Below, piece after piece: positions 58,362 to 64,000 of a DNA stretch of 64,000 nucleotides (its first letter is position 1; each line of letters begins with the position of its first letter). The stretch is from contig PMEM01000043.1 in the NCBI GenBank assembly GCA_003155795.1, positions 31,925-95,924 on the forward strand. Direction: 5' to 3'. This DNA comes from Gemmatimonadota bacterium (GTDB taxonomy: Bacteria > Gemmatimonadota > Gemmatimonadetes > Gemmatimonadales > Gemmatimonadaceae). Position numbers and translations under genes: made by a program. The notes beneath the pieces are model-generated. The model saw only the letters and a list, made by a program, of their open reading frames with translations, did not search any database and was not told the origin of the DNA.

Positions 58362-60112
58362 TAACCTTTGGGCAGGTCTCACATACCGGAACTCGGTGGG
58401 TGATTAATTGCGAACCGCACGTTCGCACACGCCTCAAGCGCGTGTTCCCGCGAGCTCCACAGTATGCCTCCGAGAAGATCTCGATATCGGATACGCCGGA
58501 GAACTGCCGCGATTTGCTCTGGTTTCTCGATCGCTATCCCATGCAAGTCGACAAGCCTGAATTACTCACTGGGCGCGCGCGAGAGCATCTGGATACGGAA
58601 GCGCGGCTCGCGGACCTATTGGCTGCCAGGCATCCGCCACACAAGGTCGTACTCGCACAACCGCCGCGTGAGTATCAAGAGATCGCCGAGAACGTGGTTG
58701 AGCTTATGGAAGGATTGCTCCTCGCTGATGAGGTTGGCGTCGGGAAGTCGGTTTCAGCGATTTGTTCGATGACGCGGATCGAAAACCTACCAGCTCTAGT
58801 GGTTTGTCCTGCACATCTGCCTGACCAATGGGCGGAGATGATTGCGCAATTTGCGCCTGATCTCAAGGTTCACATTCTGCGGAAAAGTCAGCCCTACGAT
58901 CTTACACGTCCGGAGCGCGGGGGGCAGCGGGACTTGCTCCCGGATCGGCTACCAGACGTGATCGTTACGAGTTATCACAAACTGCGTGGATGGGCTGAAA
59001 CGCTCGCTGGCGTTGCGCGCCTTGTCGTATTCGATGAATGCCAGCAACTCCGCAATCCTGATAGTAACATCTACGCTGCCGCGAAACTCGTTGCTGATAA
59101 GGCACGACGTCGCCTTGGACTCTCTGCAACCCCGATCTACAACTACGGGTCGGAGTTCTTCTGGGTTGTTGATGCGCTTCGACCTGGCGCGCTCGGCCAA
59201 CGTGATGAGTTTGTGAGGGAATGGTGTACGAGTGACGATGGAAGAAAGGCACGGATCTCAGACTCCGTGGAGTTCGGAGCCTATCTCCGCCGCGAAGGGA
59301 TCATGCTGCTTCGTACGCGCAAGGATGTTGGCCGCGAGTTGCCGCCGCTTACTCGGGTCGTTCATACCGTTGCGTCGGATCCTGCTACACTCAATGCGTT
59401 GAAGGGCGATGCAGTAGCTCTAGCACGCATCGTATTAAGCCACAACGAGCAGTATCGCGGTCAAAGGATGCAGGCAGCGGGTGAGTTCGATTCACTCATG
59501 CGTCAGGTAACGGGCGTCGCAAAAGCCCCGTATGTGGCAGAGTTCGTCAGGTTGCTGCTTGAAGCGGGCGAGCGCGTGGTCTTGTTCGGGTGGCACCGTG
59601 AGGTGTATTCGATTTGGCTCGAGGCGCTCAAGGACTTTAACCCGCACCTTTACACAGGGAGTGAGTCGGCGACACAGAAGGCGGCGTCGAAGGCGGCTTT
59701 CGTGAGTGGCGAAACGAAGCTGCTCATAATTTCCCTACGCGCCGGTGCCGGCATTGACGGCTTGCAGGGAGTTTGTCATATCGGCGTGTTCGGCGAGATC
59801 GATTGGAGCCCAGGTGTCCACGAACAATGTGTAGGCCGCTTTTACCGTGATGGCCAGTCAGATCCTTGTGTTGCTTACTTTCTGCTGTCCGAGGACGGGG
59901 CCGACCCAATTATGGCAGAGGTGGTCGGTGTGAAGCGTGAACAACTCGAAGGTGTCAGGAATCCCGGCCATGCTCTCGCGGAGCGCATCGACACAGGGGA
60001 AAACAACATCCGCCGGCTGGCGCGTGAGTTCCTGGCGCGTAAAGGTGAAACCTTCGAGGGAGAGGATCCGGTAGCGATCCACCCAGAGGGTGAATTGGCG
60101 GTGTGCGTATGA
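58358..60112 (+). CDS. SNF2-family helicase
   Basis: LLADEVGVGKSVSAI (motif I), VVFDECQQLRN (DEXQ), GAGIDGLQ, QCVGRFYRDGQ (motif VI). Confidence 0.85.
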   Translation: MITFGQVSHTGTRWVINCEPHVRTRLKRVFPRAPQYASEKISISDTPENCRDLLWFLDRYPMQVDKPELLTGRAREHLDTEARLADLLAARHPPHKVVLAQPPREYQEIAENVVELMEGLLLADEVGVGKSVSAICSMTRIENLPALVVCPAHLPDQWAEMIAQFAPDLKVHILRKSQPYDLTRPERGGQRDLLPDRLPDVIVTSYHKLRGWAETLAGVARLVVFDECQQLRNPDSNIYAAAKLVADKARRRLGLSATPIYNYGSEFFWVVDALRPGALGQRDEFVREWCTSDDGRKARISDSVEFGAYLRREGIMLLRTRKDVGRELPPLTRVVHTVASDPATLNALKGDAVALARIVLSHNEQYRGQRMQAAGEFDSLMRQVTGVAKAPYVAEFVRLLLEAGERVVLFGWHREVYSIWLEALKDFNPHLYTGSESATQKAASKAAFVSGETKLLIISLRAGAGIDGLQGVCHIGVFGEIDWSPGVHEQCVGRFYRDGQSDPCVAYFLLSEDGADPIMAEVVGVKREQLEGVRNPGHALAERIDTGENNIRRLAREFLARKGETFEGEDPVAIHPEGELAVCV

Positions 60113-60837
60113 CAGCCAGGTACGAGCGGCGAAGCGTACTCGGGCCAACCTTGAAGATCGATCCCAGCGTGCTCTCGATCAAGGATGCTTTAGCATTCAG
60201 CGCCGCACGGGACGCAGCGAAGCTGGCGGGCAATCCAATGCCCACGGTCGAGGAGTATTTGAACAATGCCGCTCGGCGCTCGATCGCGCCTGTAGACAAG
60301 ACGCTACCTCACTCAAAACGCGACCAGGTGTCCGCGGCGCTACGTGTCGCCACCAGTAGTCAGGAGGCGGACGCAATTTGTCCGCCGGTGGTGACGCTAC
60401 GCCGAATGGGTGATTGTATCGCGGGATCAGTTCTTCTGGCGCCACGAACAAAGAAGAACAGTACAGAGCTCGGCATCCGTCAATCCCCAGCGTATCGCGC
60501 GTATAGGGGGGCTGCACTTCCTGCGATCCGCGATGCGGTTTCGCAGATCGGCTCACTTCAAGCTGATGTCCGTTACAACGTTTGCGCTCATTTCTACCCG
60601 GACAGCTCGGGAAATAGAGCCGACGCCAATAATTTTTATGCGTCTCTCGCCGATCTACTCGAGAACGCGGGCTTGATTCCCAACGATCGCCAGTTCTGCA
60701 GATGGTGGGGGAGTGATGTGTTTGTTGACCACGGCACAACTCCACGGACTGAATTCGTAATCACCCCCATCGAGATGGTTACTGTGACTGTAAGCCCGAG
60801 TATGTGGCGTCTTCTCTCGCGCGGGTGCACTGCGTGA
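60103..60837 (+). CDS. RusA-like Holliday-junction resolvase with N-terminal extension (putative)
   Basis: LLAPRTKKNS...NRADANNFYASLADLLENAGLIPNDRQF parallels the RusA DxDN...D.L...DD layout. Carboxylates only partly conserved. Confidence 0.4.
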   Translation: MRMTARYERRSVLGPTLKIDPSVLSIKDALAFSAARDAAKLAGNPMPTVEEYLNNAARRSIAPVDKTLPHSKRDQVSAALRVATSSQEADAICPPVVTLRRMGDCIAGSVLLAPRTKKNSTELGIRQSPAYRAYRGAALPAIRDAVSQIGSLQADVRYNVCAHFYPDSSGNRADANNFYASLADLLENAGLIPNDRQFCRWWGSDVFVDHGTTPRTEFVITPIEMVTVTVSPSMWRLLSRGCTA

Positions 60838-60842
60838 CCACT

Positions 60843-61406
60843 ATGCAAATCAAGATGGATGTCGATGGTTTATCCCCCTTGCCAGGAGATGTTCGATCCA
60901 ACCTGAGCGCCACTACTTCGCGGGAAATCCGGTTCTATCGCGCGAGCGAACGCCCGTATGGAGTCTTCTCAAATCTCCATCGACGTCCGATTAGTTTCGA
61001 AGGCCGCGATTTCCCCACTGCAGAGCACGCATACCAGTTTGGCAAGGCGCGAAAGCCAGCCGTACAGGAATGGTTAATGGCCGCACCATCTCCGTCTCTT
61101 CTCGCGATGGCTGCTCACGGATTGTACGCGTGGGACATTGCGCCTGGATGGTCGCAAGCGAAGGTCGATCGAATGCGTTGCGTCCTACAGTCAAAGTTCT
61201 CTCAACACGCCGATTTGCGAGAGATTCTCATCGGAACTGGCGACGCGCGCCTGGTTGAATCGGCCACTGCTGATTCGTCGGTCAACCGTTTCTGGGGAGA
61301 AGTCAACGGACAAGGCCGAAACATGCTTGGAACACTCCTTATGGAAGTACGTGAGTCCATCTTGGCGCGCAACGAACATCAAGACGACGGTGGTGGTGGT
61401 CTGTAG
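60843..61406 (+). CDS. NADAR (DUF1768/YbiA-like) family protein
   Basis: FYRASERPYGVFSNL...FPTAEHAYQFGKA...LQSKFSQHADLREILIGTGDARLVE...FWGEVNGQGRNMLGTLLMEVRE matches NADAR hallmarks. Confidence 0.8.
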   Translation: MQIKMDVDGLSPLPGDVRSNLSATTSREIRFYRASERPYGVFSNLHRRPISFEGRDFPTAEHAYQFGKARKPAVQEWLMAAPSPSLLAMAAHGLYAWDIAPGWSQAKVDRMRCVLQSKFSQHADLREILIGTGDARLVESATADSSVNRFWGEVNGQGRNMLGTLLMEVRESILARNEHQDDGGGGL

Positions 61407-61649
61407 CCAAGCGGATGGGAGTCCAGTTTGGGTGTAGCGTGCCCGACGCAGCCGCAAGGGTGAAACTCCGGCGCGAACACTCATGGATAGACGGGGATCA
61501 TAGCTGCAAATGAGCCTGACGGGTTGCAGATCGGGATTCTAGAAGCCCGACCAAAGACGAGCGCGTGCCCTGGGGCAGAGAGCTGCACGAGGTAGCTACA
61601 CCCAAACTGGATCGAATACGGAACAGCTCGCGCAGGTGCAGTTCCGCTT

Positions 61650-62069
61650 GTGGACAGCCGTGGAGGTAAGAAGATGAGCCGGTCCGTGAAGTCTAGGAAC
61701 TCCATTCGTTTTGACATCCCGGTCCCGCCTGTGGCATACGGTCGGGAACATGTCGATGCTCAACTACCGACTGGCTGGCGTCGGGGAGTTGTAGTAGAGG
61801 GCCGCTCATTTACTTCCTACGGCGCAGTCAACCCGCACGTCGTTTTTGTTCGCACAGACGGAGCGGAAGTCAACATGATCCACGAGACATGGCGTCCTGA
61901 TTGGCGTAGTCACAGGGTGTGGGCCGCCTTTGCGCCAGGTGAGGACTATCCGTTGACATTTGACCGTTGGCACTCGCGGGCTAGATCGCCGCGGTTATAC
62001 ATGACGCCAACGGCTGCGATTCAGATGTTGAACCGCGAATTTCCGATGACAAGACGGCGGAGCCGTTGA
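61650..62069 (+). CDS. hypothetical protein
   Basis: 139-aa ORF. No motif. Confidence 0.35.
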   Translation: MDSRGGKKMSRSVKSRNSIRFDIPVPPVAYGREHVDAQLPTGWRRGVVVEGRSFTSYGAVNPHVVFVRTDGAEVNMIHETWRPDWRSHRVWAAFAPGEDYPLTFDRWHSRARSPRLYMTPTAAIQMLNREFPMTRRRSR

Positions 62070-62079
62070 GAGGTCGTAT

Positions 62080-62367
62080 ATGAGCAGACACAGAAAGTCA
62101 CCAAATGATCCGGTAACAGCGACGGAAGCGAGTACTGCTACGCGGTGTGCGCGTCAGTATTATCTCGAGCATGTGGCCCTGGCTCCGATTGGCGCGGATG
62201 CGCAGCGTAGCCGCCGCGCTGGAACCGAGCGTCACAACGAGTACACTCGCCAACACTTCGGAGTCGGTAAACGCCGGAGGCGTTCGCTGCTGCGTACGAT
62301 ACTGGCTGCTCTCGGCTTGCTGGCACTCGCGTGGTTCGCCCTTCGCGCTGTTGGGTTGATCCGATGA
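62080..62367 (+). CDS. N-terminal piece of a Cas4/RecB-like nuclease with C-terminal TM helix
   Basis: TEASTATRCARQYYLEHV resembles the Cas4 N-terminal Cys motif. GTERHNEY follows. C-terminal LLRTILAALGLLALAWFAL. Confidence 0.45.
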   Translation: MSRHRKSPNDPVTATEASTATRCARQYYLEHVALAPIGADAQRSRRAGTERHNEYTRQHFGVGKRRRRSLLRTILAALGLLALAWFALRAVGLIR

Positions 62368-62882
62368 TAGCGATCGCTGTGTTTGTACTATGTCTTTGCG
62401 TGTTGGTTTGGTATCGCGCTACGCGCAAACGCGCCGGCGTGTCCTTGGTTGCCGCTGATGTGAGTGGTGGTGGGCGTCGGTGGACGTTGAGAGACCCGCG
62501 CCTTAACGTCGTAGCGGTGGCTGATCATGTGTTGGGCATTACTGATGCGGGTGGTCACCGGGTAATGTTTCCTCACGAGCTCAAGCCGACACGGAGGGCG
62601 AGAAAGCCATATACGGCGGACGTGGTGCAGCTCGGCGCACAGATGGCCGGACTGCAAGCCGAAGTCGGGAGTAAGTTCGCGGGGTTCGGTATCCTTGAGT
62701 ATAGTGGCGGCCGGCAGTTCCGTATCGAGTGGAATGAACAGGTTGCCACGACGCTCGAGCGCGCCGTTGGCCTTGTTCGGACCCTTCGCGCCGCACGGAC
62801 GCCACCGCCGCGGACTCACAACGAAGTGCATATCTGTCAGCACTGTCCGGTCAGAGACTCATGCGACCAGAGGTTGTCATAA
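62364..62882 (+). CDS. C-terminal piece of a Cas4/RecB-like PD-(D/E)XK nuclease with N-terminal TM helix
   Basis: ATGA overlap with the upstream stop. TM MIAIAVFVLCLCVLVWY. ADHVLG...PHELKPT (D...ExK), VVQLGAQ, and the CxxCx5C cluster CQHCPVRDSC. Confidence 0.55.
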   Translation: MIAIAVFVLCLCVLVWYRATRKRAGVSLVAADVSGGGRRWTLRDPRLNVVAVADHVLGITDAGGHRVMFPHELKPTRRARKPYTADVVQLGAQMAGLQAEVGSKFAGFGILEYSGGRQFRIEWNEQVATTLERAVGLVRTLRAARTPPPRTHNEVHICQHCPVRDSCDQRLS

Positions 62883-62938
62883 CAATTCGGCGACGTGTGG
62901 CGCTACAGGCGCAGGTGCATCAGTGAGTAACCATTTGA

Positions 62939-63556
62939 GTGAGGGATAATATGTCACCAAAAGTGCGTGACGTTTCAGATCGCAAGACGCTTTATATGAG
63001 TGACATCCGGAAGGAAGGTCGCATTGCTGTTCGTTTCGGGTCATTCTTTGAGAGTGTGAACAACCCTGGCCAGTGGGTCGCGGATATTGAGTGGCGCGGT
63101 GAGCGCCGCTACTTCAACGTCGACGGTGAGGTAGACCGGGAAAGTTTCAAGCGCCTCCCTGAAAACCTGGATGTTGAGATCGAAAGTGTTGGTCGCTCTG
63201 GACTCGACAAGGTTGCGATATGGAAAGGCGATCGGCGAATTGACTTGCACGCTGAGAAGGAACGTGCTGTAGTCGACGAAATTGGTGGCGCAACGAGCTC
63301 GAACGAAGTCAGCACCCCTGCGGCCGCCCCCATCTCCCTCGATCAAGTGCTTAAAGCTTACGCGAAGGCGTTCCTCAAAGCCGTGCCAATGGTGAATGAG
63401 TTAGATCCCGCAGGAGAGCAGGGACTGACGGCCGAGAAGATTGTGGCTACAGTTCTTACGGCCTATCTAGTGTTGCTTCCAACGGTAAGAAACATTTCGG
63501 GTCCGCTAAACAACGGAATGGCGGAAGGCAAAAGATGTGGATGCCGTTGTCGTTAA
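62939..63556 (+). CDS. hypothetical protein
   Basis: 205-aa ORF. No motif. Confidence 0.35.
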   Translation: MRDNMSPKVRDVSDRKTLYMSDIRKEGRIAVRFGSFFESVNNPGQWVADIEWRGERRYFNVDGEVDRESFKRLPENLDVEIESVGRSGLDKVAIWKGDRRIDLHAEKERAVVDEIGGATSSNEVSTPAAAPISLDQVLKAYAKAFLKAVPMVNELDPAGEQGLTAEKIVATVLTAYLVLLPTVRNISGPLNNGMAEGKRCGCRCR

Positions 63557-63701
63557 ATGACTTACGGCTGGCGTTTAGCTGATTTTCGGGGCCTTGAAAA
63601 CAACCGATCGCGGCAGTGGGAGGCGCGCGGTTAGTGCGTCTGCTGCAGTGGAGGGCGGAAACGCGAGGTTAGAGTGGGGATGGAGCTCTCATGGATGGCC
63701 G

Positions 63702-63744
63702 TGATTCTTCGGGCGCGGTAAGAATCTCTGCGCCCGAAGAATCA
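63702..63744. terminator. 15-bp perfect stem-loop between convergent genes
   Basis: TGATTCTTCGGGCGC (63702-63716) pairs with GCGCCCGAAGAATCA (63730-63744), with a 13-nt loop. No clear U-tract. Confidence 0.35.
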
Positions 63745-63814
63745 GTCACCCAGTTCCAATCTCGGGAGAATCCTTTATAGACCGTCAACCATCGGCGAAA
63801 CTTGAGCTGTACTT

Positions 63815-64000
63815 CTACTTCAGTGGCTCGGGTGACGATATCAAGGAGCGAATACTTTCTTGCTGCAATGGGCGCATGTGCGCCGGCATAAGTTTGTAGT
63901 AACCCATCGTAGTGCGGATGTCGGCGTGACCCATCGCCTGCATAACGATTTGGGCGGAGTGGCCGGCCCCAAGCCAGGTGGTAACGCGGCGGTGGCGCAG
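63815..64000 (-). CDS. tyrosine recombinase/phage integrase, C-terminal fragment (runs off the window)
   Basis: My translation of the minus strand reads LRHRRVTTWLGAGHSAQIVMQAMGHADIRTTMGYYKLMP...K*. It contains the HxxR and GH...T..Y catalytic box. Absent from the ORF track because the Met lies outside the window. Confidence 0.8.
   Translation of the reverse strand: MRHRRVTTWLGAGHSAQIVMQAMGHADIRTTMGYYKLMPAHMRPLQQESIRSLISSPEPLK

Noticed and set aside
1-64000. CRISPR arrays, rRNA genes, and restriction endonuclease partners for the methyltransferases
   Set aside because: I saw no regularly spaced 25-40 bp direct repeats, no rRNA-like conserved stretches and no ORF with a recognisable restriction endonuclease motif adjacent to the methyltransferase genes.

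Overview
GC-rich bacterial DNA, probably from a diderm given the HlyD/PCAT-type export genes. It is a mosaic of mobile-element, defence and secondary-metabolite modules. 0-17 kb (+ strand): three orphan DNA methyltransferases (one fused to an SNF2-type helicase), a RecJ-like exonuclease, a lytic transglycosylase and many hypotheticals. 18.8-26.9 kb: sigma-like and HTH-like genes, then an ImmA/IrrE-peptidase + UvrD-helicase + Cas4-like-nuclease fusion, then a complete, translationally coupled ubiquitin-like conjugation operon (Ubl-E2-JAB-E1, Bil type). 26,989-28,518: a 1.53-kb non-autonomous transposon-like insertion. It has a 5-bp target duplication (TAGCA), TGTCG...CGACA termini and 4+3 subterminal repeats, and it carries a J-domain membrane protein. 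29.7-31.5 kb: an ISL3-family IS. 33.1-53.2 kb: a class-I-type lanthipeptide cluster with LanB, LanC, C39-ABC LanT, HlyD, a second ABC exporter, an S41 protease, an erythromycin-esterase-like protein, three CCA-adding-enzyme-like paralogues and an AraC-like regulator. Its 99-aa precursor is unusual: a double-glycine leader and a 69-aa core with 13 Cys and 19 Ser/Thr. 54.3-63.6 kb: a phage/ICE-type replication-recombination module (ASCH, Gp37/Gp68, PD-(D/E)XK, SNF2, RusA-like, NADAR, a two-gene split Cas4-like nuclease), ending at a partial tyrosine integrase at the window edge. No rRNA, tRNA or CRISPR array was recognised. All calls come from reading motifs by eye in the ORF track and the DNA. 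No database search was run, and start codons are often uncertain.
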